In this document: positions 55,930-64,000 of the stretch, piece after piece
Layout: each line of letters begins with the position of its first letter
How positions within the stretch are numbered: the first letter of the stretch is position 1
Origin: a virus
Direction: 5' to 3' (one strand)
IMG/VR virus record: IMGVR_UViG_3300024520_005201
Location: 5,698 to 69,697 of that record
DNA: 64,000 nucleotides
Position numbers and translations under genes: made by a program
The notes under the pieces: model-generated
Told to the model about the DNA's origin: nothing
The model's database searches: none
The model's input: the letters and a program-made list of their open reading frames with translations, nothing else

Positions 55930-58307
55930 TATCCGAAATCTAACCCTCCTCCATTTAAACTAGAATCAGAGAACCCAATATGTGAACCAAATCCCTTATC
56001 TACATTTACATTGTGTCCACTAATAAAACCAGCTTGTTGTTGTGGTAATACTCTACCACCACCGTTGTTAACCATGTAGGCTATAAGAGCTAGCTCCTCT
56101 TTACTTATTTCACCAAACTTTCTAGTATATGTTTGAAGTGAATAGCTAGTCTTTACTCCGCCGTCACCGAAGCTTATACTAATAGAGTTTATATTTGAAT
56201 TCTTTTCAAGAGAATCTCCAATGCTAAATTGGGGAAATCCTTCTACTTGAATATTGGCAGAGAATGCCTCCTTCTGTAATGATGTAGCATTATCTACTTT
56301 TATCTGCATGGATTCTATCATTGCTCCTATACTTCCAAATTCCCATGGAGCAAATCCATCATCTTGTATAATTTGAACTTTGCCTTGAGAATCAGCCCCA
56401 AGATTACTTGAAAATACTGGACCATATCTAAGAGTTCTAGAGCGCGTAGGTATAAAAGCAAAGCTTGGTTGATAAGCAAAAGCATGAACACCAAAAAAGC
56501 CTGGACCATAGAATCGCGTATATCTCTCCCAAATTTTATTTACAGCCTCTTGATACTGTATTCCTATGCCATCCGCTACTGCTCTGGCATCCGCTATAAG
56601 CTTCTGCTTTAGTGGAGTTTTTTCAAAAACACCGCCAGGAATAGTTACTACTCCATCTTTATCTACAGTGCATGATACATATAGAGATGTTTTAACAGTA
56701 GCAAATGGACTAACAGCTTCTTTGTAAACATAGCTTGCAGTATCTTTTATTTCCAAAATTACATCGTTTGGGTCATATTCATTATCTAATTTTAATACCA
56801 GAATAGCTTGTCCCACTTCTATTCTATTTTCAAATGTATTACCAAATCTAATCCAATCTCTACTGAAGGATTGTTGGTTGCCAAATAGTTGTGTTAAATT
56901 TTCTAACCCAAGAGAAAACGCCCCGCCAGCAGCTTCTGAAGAAAATTCAACATAAGCCTTAGTTCTTCCATCGTTCTGCCTAAAGTATTCATTAGGGTCA
57001 TCGTTCCCCCCTTGTACATCTCTAGTCCATGCAGATTGAATTACCTCATCTAATATTGTATCATGAACAAATCTTTTTCCATATGTAGATTTTGCGTGTG
57101 CCTCTAGCTTTTTAAATAGCGCGCCCATCTCAGCAAACTTAGCTAACTTTGCTTTTGTCAACGCCTCCTTCCTTTCTTCCGACATAGGCTGAACTTGTCT
57201 GCCCTCTTTTACATCCTGCTCATTTAAAAGTAATGTTACAATGCCGCCCAAATCCTCATTATTAAATCCAGGACCATATCTTGATAATCCAAGAGCCTCT
57301 GATATGAACGTCTCCGTTCCTAGCCATATTTCCCATTGATGTCTACCAGCTATTACTGCTATTATCTCATCTTCAGTCATGATATAATTATTGATTCCAC
57401 CCTCAATGGTTAAATCCAGAGGCTCATTAGCCATACCTAAGATTGCTACCTTGGTTAGATTTTCAAGTGGTGCACCCTGAAGAGCCATACAAGAAACTTC
57501 GTTTCTAAGTTCTATTCCAGAGGTTGCAGTTATTACTCTTTCATCATGTTGGTCCAAGAAACTTTGTAGGTCTATATCTATATTGTCAGTAGACCTATCA
57601 ATTACTCTAACAGTTACTTCTATGATACCGTCTGCTCTCTTTTCTGATTCAACAAACCAATCAAAGGAATGTCTCTGTGACAAATCTTCTATTAAATTAG
57701 AAAGAGGAGTTAGGTTTGTATTAATTCTGTGGTTAGGATTTACTATTGCCGCGACCTCAGTTAGGTCAAATACATACTGCTCCCCAAATACATTAACAAC
57801 TTGTTGAGGAATAGGAATTATAGCAGTTCCAACTAAAACATTATCTCCATTAAGTACGGATACTATGCTACTAAAGGGCATACCAGATTGATTCCAGTTA
57901 GATAAATTTACAAGACCTTGGCCATAAGGACCATATACATCGATAACAGAGCAGCCTGTAGTATTTATGGTATCTATTATTGCCTGAGAGCCGGGAGCAA
58001 GAATCATAGGAATAGATTTCATTATCTCCCTTGGGTCAGATAGTGAAACTCTAATTGTTCTTCCAGAGATGTTTGCCACATCTATTTCATATCTAGTTAT
58101 TACACCAGAGAAACTCCAGACAGTTCCTAGAGCTATTGTTTGAAAAGTTCCTACATCTGGAAATTCAAATAATGAATCATCATCTTCTACAAGAGTAAGA
58201 GAAGCTGTGCTAGGACTAGTAGAAAGACCTAAGTTATTAGATACGTTTTTTACATATGAACCGAGGAATTTATCTACTCCTCCTCCACCTAAATCAGTTG
58301 CCGTCAT
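55929..58307 (-). CDS. putative tail/baseplate hub-like protein
   Basis: 792 aa; the N-terminal FLG...S....SLTLVED and C-terminal NI.SISISFG.GGVKTSY patterns suggest a hub fold; context. Confidence 0.55.
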   Translation of the reverse strand: MTATDLGGGGVDKFLGSYVKNVSNNLGLSTSPSTASLTLVEDDDSLFEFPDVGTFQTIALGTVWSFSGVITRYEIDVANISGRTIRVSLSDPREIMKSIPMILAPGSQAIIDTINTTGCSVIDVYGPYGQGLVNLSNWNQSGMPFSSIVSVLNGDNVLVGTAIIPIPQQVVNVFGEQYVFDLTEVAAIVNPNHRINTNLTPLSNLIEDLSQRHSFDWFVESEKRADGIIEVTVRVIDRSTDNIDIDLQSFLDQHDERVITATSGIELRNEVSCMALQGAPLENLTKVAILGMANEPLDLTIEGGINNYIMTEDEIIAVIAGRHQWEIWLGTETFISEALGLSRYGPGFNNEDLGGIVTLLLNEQDVKEGRQVQPMSEERKEALTKAKLAKFAEMGALFKKLEAHAKSTYGKRFVHDTILDEVIQSAWTRDVQGGNDDPNEYFRQNDGRTKAYVEFSSEAAGGAFSLGLENLTQLFGNQQSFSRDWIRFGNTFENRIEVGQAILVLKLDNEYDPNDVILEIKDTASYVYKEAVSPFATVKTSLYVSCTVDKDGVVTIPGGVFEKTPLKQKLIADARAVADGIGIQYQEAVNKIWERYTRFYGPGFFGVHAFAYQPSFAFIPTRSRTLRYGPVFSSNLGADSQGKVQIIQDDGFAPWEFGSIGAMIESMQIKVDNATSLQKEAFSANIQVEGFPQFSIGDSLEKNSNINSISISFGDGGVKTSYSLQTYTRKFGEISKEELALIAYMVNNGGGRVLPQQQAGFISGHNVNVDKGFGSHIGFSDSSLNGGGLDFG

Positions 58308-58314
58308 TAATCAC

Positions 58315-60303
58315 CTATGTATTAGTGTATTGCCAAGTTATACTTCTAGTAAAAACAAGAGTCTGTCTATTGAATGAATACTGGTCTGATGTCTTAAATG
58401 TCTTTGTCGCAACAGGTTGCTCTCCTCTAGTATCTGTGAGCGGAGTATTATTAACCAGTATATTTGATTCTGTTAGAGCTTCCATTTCTAGCAGCCCTTG
58501 GTTAATAGTATTGACTGTTCCACAATCGGTTCCACTGGGAGTCATTGTATACGTAATCTTTAGGGTCTTCTGTGAGCCCGTCTGAGTTTCCTGGTCCTGA
58601 AGGATAGGCCCATCGGGCTTTTTAGGAATAGGAATTATAGCAATGACATCAGATGGCAAGGAATAATTAACATCAATTTTTTCATCACGAATATTAGGGT
58701 TGGCTGTAATAAATCTATTATCAAATCGAGATGAGTATGTTAGTGTGCCGTTTAATTTATTGAAACCTAATGTAGTCTGAACAGCAGTAGAACCTAAGCA
58801 TGTTCCTGCGGGAATAATTTCTAATGCCCTGCTATTTATTAATCCCTGAATTGTAGAAAAAAATGCGCCAGACGCTGCAAGGAATCTTTCAATACTACTT
58901 GTACTTAACTCAGTTGCTAGTCCTTGAACAGTTCCATTAACAGAGACAGTAGTTGCTGCGTTCTCAATATTTTGGTCACGAGAAACTTGATACTCTTCTC
59001 TATAAAGACCTACTCCTTGCTCTCTATATCCTCTAGTTAAAGAGAATGATTTAGCAATTTCATCTCTTTGATAACTAACTATTTCAATATTACCAGAGAG
59101 AGATGCATCAAAGAACGGCTCAACAGTTGAATCAATTGGAAAATTATTAGCAAAGCAATAGTCTATTGCGGTTTGAATACCAGAATCACTAGCCAATCTA
59201 ATCGAAGCAGAGGTTGTAACAGTTTGCGTAACAGTTCCATCTTCATTTCTTTGTAGTGCGTATGAAATAGCCCTTTCTTCTAGGGGACTATCATCTGTCG
59301 CATCGAACGCCATGGAATAACTTACTGTGCCAGCAAATCTATTCTGACTAGTTGACTTAGAAACAACACTTGAATCAGTAAAGAATCCAATTTCTACAGA
59401 AACTACACTATTAAAAGCATCTAGTGCGTTATTAAGTTTTTCTGTTGTAGTATCTCCGTAGCCTTGAATGGTGCCGTTGATTGATGTAGTTTCTACTAAT
59501 ATACCAAGTTCATTTAGGTCATAAGTTTTATCAATAGTTCTATCATCTTTATAGTTACCCGAAGCCATAATCCAGGTTTCGCTAATTGCATATGAAGCAT
59601 TCGTTTCATTAATGCTCTCTGTCCGGATATGATTAAACTCGAATAAATTATCAGCATCCACAATAGCAGGAACAAATGGAGCTGTTAGAAATGCATACTG
59701 AGTTCTATCTAGCGTGTTTGCTCGGGCAAGAACGAAAGTTTTTGCATTATCCAATGCCCCAGTTCCATCCTGGTCTGATATACCAACTGCATTTATACTA
59801 TGGCTTACGGATATTGTGTCATCTTCTTGTGCAGAAAAATCCCAAGATTCATCAAACTCATTAACCTTACAATCAGAATCAAAACCTTCTTCATACTCAA
59901 ATGAGATAGAATAGTCTCTCTTCTGAACCATTTGGCTTTCTGGAAAATCTATAGATACAACCCTAGGAAATACACTGAGCATGGGATAGCCGCTACCATC
60001 TACAATGAGAAGGTTACCTCTATCTTCATCTAGTGCTTTGCATAGTTGGTCGGATTTTCTATCAAGAATCTCAAAGCAAGAAGCGCTCGGGTCTATTCCA
60101 GAAAGAGCAGGCTTATTAGGAAGTAGAGTACCAGTGAAGGTAAGAGAGTGCGTTACACCCAGTCTTGTTTCTACTCCGTCTTTTATTTTAATTAATGTTT
60201 GCTTGCTATCTTGTATAAGCGGCACAGGACTAAAGCAATATGCTAGACCATCTGACTGTCTTACATAATACATTTGTGTGCCAGCATTAGGATTCGCACT
60301 CAT
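58315..60303 (-). CDS. putative tail structural protein with repeated beta domains
   Basis: 662 aa with recurring E.W/Y...T.S..GT.QG...AL/A..F units. Confidence 0.6.
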   Translation of the reverse strand: MSANPNAGTQMYYVRQSDGLAYCFSPVPLIQDSKQTLIKIKDGVETRLGVTHSLTFTGTLLPNKPALSGIDPSASCFEILDRKSDQLCKALDEDRGNLLIVDGSGYPMLSVFPRVVSIDFPESQMVQKRDYSISFEYEEGFDSDCKVNEFDESWDFSAQEDDTISVSHSINAVGISDQDGTGALDNAKTFVLARANTLDRTQYAFLTAPFVPAIVDADNLFEFNHIRTESINETNASYAISETWIMASGNYKDDRTIDKTYDLNELGILVETTSINGTIQGYGDTTTEKLNNALDAFNSVVSVEIGFFTDSSVVSKSTSQNRFAGTVSYSMAFDATDDSPLEERAISYALQRNEDGTVTQTVTTSASIRLASDSGIQTAIDYCFANNFPIDSTVEPFFDASLSGNIEIVSYQRDEIAKSFSLTRGYREQGVGLYREEYQVSRDQNIENAATTVSVNGTVQGLATELSTSSIERFLAASGAFFSTIQGLINSRALEIIPAGTCLGSTAVQTTLGFNKLNGTLTYSSRFDNRFITANPNIRDEKIDVNYSLPSDVIAIIPIPKKPDGPILQDQETQTGSQKTLKITYTMTPSGTDCGTVNTINQGLLEMEALTESNILVNNTPLTDTRGEQPVATKTFKTSDQYSFNRQTLVFTRSITWQYTNT

Positions 60304-60312
60304 TATTTTCTC

Positions 60313-63300
60313 CTAATTAATAAAACCAGATGGTAATGTTATTGAAAGTAGTGGACAAAGAGGGAAGTTATGGGATGGACACGCGGAAGAAGAACTTTGT
60401 GCATCCTGAATTCCTATTAATGTTCCCCAAATTTCAGAACTAGGTAGGCCAACTCCAGTTAGGTATCCATGAATATTTGTATTGATAACTCCGCTTACTC
60501 CAAATACGTAGCCGTGTATGGACGAAGCACTAAAGCCTAAGCCACTAGCGTAACCATGAATACTACTAGGGATTTCATCTGAGGCATCAACAAAGCCGTG
60601 GATAGTTGTATCGGCCGCCCCACTAAGTACATACCCATGAATAGTTGAAGTTGCAATAGGTGGTCGTTTAACATAGCCGTGAATAGCTTGTGCACCAATT
60701 CCGCCCTTTAAATATCCATGAAGAAAGTTAACACCAGGGACTACATTAGAAGTAGAAGGGTCACCAACTAGGCCTCCGCCGGAAGGAACCAGCCCCTCGC
60801 TTCCTAGATAACCATATATGGTAGAGTTGGGATAATTGCCTAGTAGATATCCGCGGGTAGACATCGAGCCTGAGTCAACAGGCGTCAATACATATCCATA
60901 AATAGCTTTTTGATTAGGACCTAATCCGAAAACTCCACCATCCCAACCCTGGGTAAATCCATATCTAAGCTTGCTTTCAAACGCTCCAGATTCACCAGCA
61001 ATATATCCATGAATAATCTGAGAACCGACAAGCCCCTCAAGATAACCATGAATAGTACTTTGAGCAGACATATCTCCAGAACCAAATCCTCCTATCGTGA
61101 ATCCATCTCTAGAGGTGTTGATGCTAGTGGGGTCTACTGGGAGATTGCCAATTAGATAACTATGAATTTCAGAGGCTGCTAATTCATGTCCATGCAAAAA
61201 TCCATGAATCTGACCAGAAGCTTCTGTTCCAAGACCTACTAGGTAACCATCTCTTGATGATTGTTGAGGTAGGCCGGAAGGAATATAACCACGAATAAAT
61301 CCTGTGGCGACACCAGAGCTAACTAGGTAGCCCTTAATATTACTTATTTCAAATGGACTTCCACCAACTAAATATCCGTAGCGCTGATGCTTAGGGCCGA
61401 ATTCAATGTCGACTGGGTCGAGCCCAAATACACCATCAATCCAAGCAGCACCATAGGGATAAACAATAGTTGTAGTAGGAATATCATAGATGCCTTTAGT
61501 ATATACCCACTTTAGAGTATGTGCTCCCGCAGAGCCAGTAGAAAAGGTTTCTTTTTCTCCAATCTTGGGGATATTTGAAGCGAATGCTCCCGGGTCATGC
61601 CAAAACATATCTCCATAAGTTTTCTGAAGAGTGTTATCTATAAAGAATTCAATCTTATCATTTACATGAACATCCGAACGTATGTAGAATCCTATTTCTC
61701 TACCAGTACTTCCATCTGGTAGTCTTTCATCCACAAAAACATCTATGTCTACTTCTAAAATAGCAGTGTGTCCTGGTTGTATTCCTCCAGCCGGTACTGT
61801 TCTTAATGGGCTACCTAATCCAGAAGCATCTCCGATGGCCTCACTTCTTATAGAAAAACCATCATCGACTCCTCTTTGTGGAAATACATATGACCAAAGG
61901 CCACTCTGTACTGTTCCATCAAAGTCAACTGGAAGAGGAGTAGATGGCAAGAAATTTTCTCTTGTAGCATTACCACTAGCTACAATTGCCCATTCAAAAT
62001 CTCCAGATGTTCTCCAACCGTCTGGCAAGGTACCTTGCTTTTGCCTGAATGTTTGCTGTGTAGTTTGTAAAGGGCTTCTTAGAAATTCTCTACTATATGG
62101 TGGTGGGTCAGAGGTTGCATTAGACCACGTTATGACTTCTGGATTAGTAGCTCCCGGACCATATAATTTAATTTCATATACTCTTGAGCTAGTTTGTATA
62201 GAATTAAAAAACTGAAGTGTTATGAATTTTGCAGTAAATGGATTAATATTAAAGGTTGGAACGAACTCTGCTGTGTTTAAAGATTCTGTAACGGTTTGCG
62301 TTCCTGCCATGTATTTTTCTAAAGAACTATTTTGCGGAGGAAGTAAACTAATTGCACCAGATGGTATTGTAAATAATCTAACATGATTTATTCCATCTAA
62401 TGTTCCAGATACAGCAATACCAGGAGCAGACGTTGTTCCGTTCCTTTGAAGAATTTCTACTCTTTCTATGGTTCTAATCTTATCTAATTCAAGAGTTAAT
62501 GTATAACCATCTCTTACTCGTCCATACGTGGTATTATCATCATCAAAAAGATTAGGAGATTCTGAATAGTGTGAAGAAAATTGCACATTGGTATATGCAG
62601 CAATGCCAACAAAAATTTCATGTGCTGTGCCTGACGTAAGAGTATAATCAAATGTATGCTCTGATTCTTGCCACCTTCCTAGAGCTGGAGAATTAGCAAC
62701 ATCCCACACAGTAAGAACTCCACCAGAAGGATATACTGCAGTATGACCCTGCGTAACAAGTAGTTCTTTTTTTGTACCGCTGGCTCCCGCTGGTTCTGTT
62801 GGATGCTTCAGCGCCTTGAATCCTCCCCAGAATATTTTATTAGAAAATCCACCCGTAGTAGTCTGGCTGGCTGATGCTATATGCTTAAGCCCAGAATCAG
62901 GGTCTTGCATTAGTGGAAAGGTCCAATTAGTTCCATCGAAGTCTGCCTTGAATCTTCCAATTGATTGCTTTCCCCATTCGTTTTTCTTTTGAAAATAGAA
63001 TAGAAATTCCCCATCATCATTAAATGAGAAATCGCAATTTGTTCCTTCTCCTGGAAAATTATGTACAGTTACACCTTCTCCCTCAAAGTTACTAGGTCCT
63101 ATACCATACATGTTGCCAGTAGGTATTATGCCAGACTGAATTAATATACCACTAGAACTACCATTAGTAGACCCCGTCTTTGCTACCCAGCTACCCTCTG
63201 TTCCGTTTGCTATATCTTGTATGTTTATATATTCGCTTGTATCCTCTGTCCAGTGCCAAATATTCTGACCAACTCCTTTAATGCCAGAAGAGCATATGAC

Positions 63301-64000
63301 TGCTACACCATGGCTTCCGTTAAGCCCACTACCAATAGCCATACTAGGACCAAATTGAATTTCATTTGATTCAATACCTCTTTCATCTGGAGTCCCAAAC
63401 CAGCCACCAAAATCTCTATGCCATGTCTTAAGTTCATTATCTTCTGCATCATAGTATGTAGCATACGACGTTTTAAGTCCAAAGATTTCTGATATATAGA
63501 TAATAGGAAATCCGCCACTTTCGCCTACGGCAAAATCTCCGAACTGAAGAGGGTCTAAGGAAGGAGCTACATCATATGGCGTTCCTAATACAGCAGTAGT
63601 TATATCATTGGAAGAATCTTTTACAACCATTTTAACTGCGGGAAAACTAATACCAGCTACTTCGCTAGCAAATGCAGCCTCCTGCATTGTAAGCGAGCCC
63701 TGAAAGCCTCTAGCAAGAGGGTGGGTGTCTCCAGCCGCAACAAGTCCTATTGGACCCAGGCCGCTGGCGCGTGTCCAACCACCACCGGGAAGCTTACCTA
63801 CAAACTGATAGCAGCCGGAGCCGTTGAATCTAAAGCCACAATGTATATGGCCATCCCTATCCATGATTGTATCAAAGTTATTATGGATATGAAAATCTTC
63901 TACTGGGAATAGAAGTTCAGGAGCACTCCAGGTTAATCCACCATTAGTAGATGTTATAAAGTCAACCTCACTGGTTCCTGAACCATAGGCTAAAAATATT
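60313..64000 (-). CDS. very large virion protein (BNR/Asp-box, discoidin-like, IHGY repeats); start lies outside the window
   Basis: The frame stays open to the window edge (IFLAYGSG...STNGGLTWS Asp-box); NLFDDD..T...LELD...EIKLYG discoidin-like segment; C-terminal repeats. Confidence 0.75.
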   Translation of the reverse strand, partial: IFLAYGSGTSEVDFITSTNGGLTWSAPELLFPVEDFHIHNNFDTIMDRDGHIHCGFRFNGSGCYQFVGKLPGGGWTRASGLGPIGLVAAGDTHPLARGFQGSLTMQEAAFASEVAGISFPAVKMVVKDSSNDITTAVLGTPYDVAPSLDPLQFGDFAVGESGGFPIIYISEIFGLKTSYATYYDAEDNELKTWHRDFGGWFGTPDERGIESNEIQFGPSMAIGSGLNGSHGVAVICSSGIKGVGQNIWHWTEDTSEYINIQDIANGTEGSWVAKTGSTNGSSSGILIQSGIIPTGNMYGIGPSNFEGEGVTVHNFPGEGTNCDFSFNDDGEFLFYFQKKNEWGKQSIGRFKADFDGTNWTFPLMQDPDSGLKHIASASQTTTGGFSNKIFWGGFKALKHPTEPAGASGTKKELLVTQGHTAVYPSGGVLTVWDVANSPALGRWQESEHTFDYTLTSGTAHEIFVGIAAYTNVQFSSHYSESPNLFDDDNTTYGRVRDGYTLTLELDKIRTIERVEILQRNGTTSAPGIAVSGTLDGINHVRLFTIPSGAISLLPPQNSSLEKYMAGTQTVTESLNTAEFVPTFNINPFTAKFITLQFFNSIQTSSRVYEIKLYGPGATNPEVITWSNATSDPPPYSREFLRSPLQTTQQTFRQKQGTLPDGWRTSGDFEWAIVASGNATRENFLPSTPLPVDFDGTVQSGLWSYVFPQRGVDDGFSIRSEAIGDASGLGSPLRTVPAGGIQPGHTAILEVDIDVFVDERLPDGSTGREIGFYIRSDVHVNDKIEFFIDNTLQKTYGDMFWHDPGAFASNIPKIGEKETFSTGSAGAHTLKWVYTKGIYDIPTTTIVYPYGAAWIDGVFGLDPVDIEFGPKHQRYGYLVGGSPFEISNIKGYLVSSGVATGFIRGYIPSGLPQQSSRDGYLVGLGTEASGQIHGFLHGHELAASEIHSYLIGNLPVDPTSINTSRDGFTIGGFGSGDMSAQSTIHGYLEGLVGSQIIHGYIAGESGAFESKLRYGFTQGWDGGVFGLGPNQKAIYGYVLTPVDSGSMSTRGYLLGNYPNSTIYGYLGSEGLVPSGGGLVGDPSTSNVVPGVNFLHGYLKGGIGAQAIHGYVKRPPIATSTIHGYVLSGAADTTIHGFVDASDEIPSSIHGYASGLGFSASSIHGYVFGVSGVINTNIHGYLTGVGLPSSEIWGTLIGIQDAQSSSSACPSHNFPLCPLLSITLPSGFIN
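60410..61390 (-). repeat. ~20 degenerate S-x-I-H-G-Y repeats
   Basis: SNIKGYL, GQIHGFL, STIHGYL, QIIHGYI, QAIHGYV, STIHGYV, SSIHGYA, SSIHGYV, TNIHGYL and others. Confidence 0.8.

Noticed and set aside
1211-63912. Numerous short + strand ORFs and nested - strand ORFs in the ORF track
   Set aside because: They are antisense or alternate-frame shadows of longer, motif-bearing genes, with no recognisable motifs.
1-64000. Genome-wide TGA or TAG reassignment
   Set aside because: Conserved genes are intact in code 11 and many end in TGA with ATGA coupling; only two local in-frame TGAs were seen.
1-64000. tRNA, rRNA, integrase, IS elements
   Set aside because: Intergenic gaps are short and none showed a cloverleaf or rRNA-like sequence; no integrase or transposase motifs were recognised.

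Overview
This window is a 64-kb segment of a large, AT-rich tailed bacteriophage (jumbo-phage-like); no host can be assigned from it. Four short + strand ORFs (1-1104) converge on one long, tightly packed - strand run. Read in transcription order (right to left), the run has four parts. (i) Very large virion/tail-type proteins (54-64 kb). (ii) A replication and nucleotide-metabolism module: RecA, DnaB, DnaG, ThyX, dUTPase, TK, SSB, a region-2-only sigma factor, and a DnaE split into two genes with no intein. (iii) A ~23-kb glycan-biosynthesis island with about 11 soluble glycosyltransferases, Gmd, WecB/FnlC-, RmlC- and RmlD-like enzymes and two SAM methyltransferases. (iv) Recombination and methylation genes followed by a second structural/decoration module (1.2-11.7 kb). 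The strongest hypothesis is a phage-encoded cytoplasmic virion-glycosylation system: the putative virion proteins, but not the enzymes, are rich in Ser-Gly dipeptides, which could be an O-glycosylation sequon. Other notable signals are a repeated CGCGTAT promoter-like motif, two ORFs with an in-frame TGA in the same 14-nt context, a Whirly-like protein and an HNH-epimerase fusion. All calls come from motif recognition by eye and hand counts; no database search was run.
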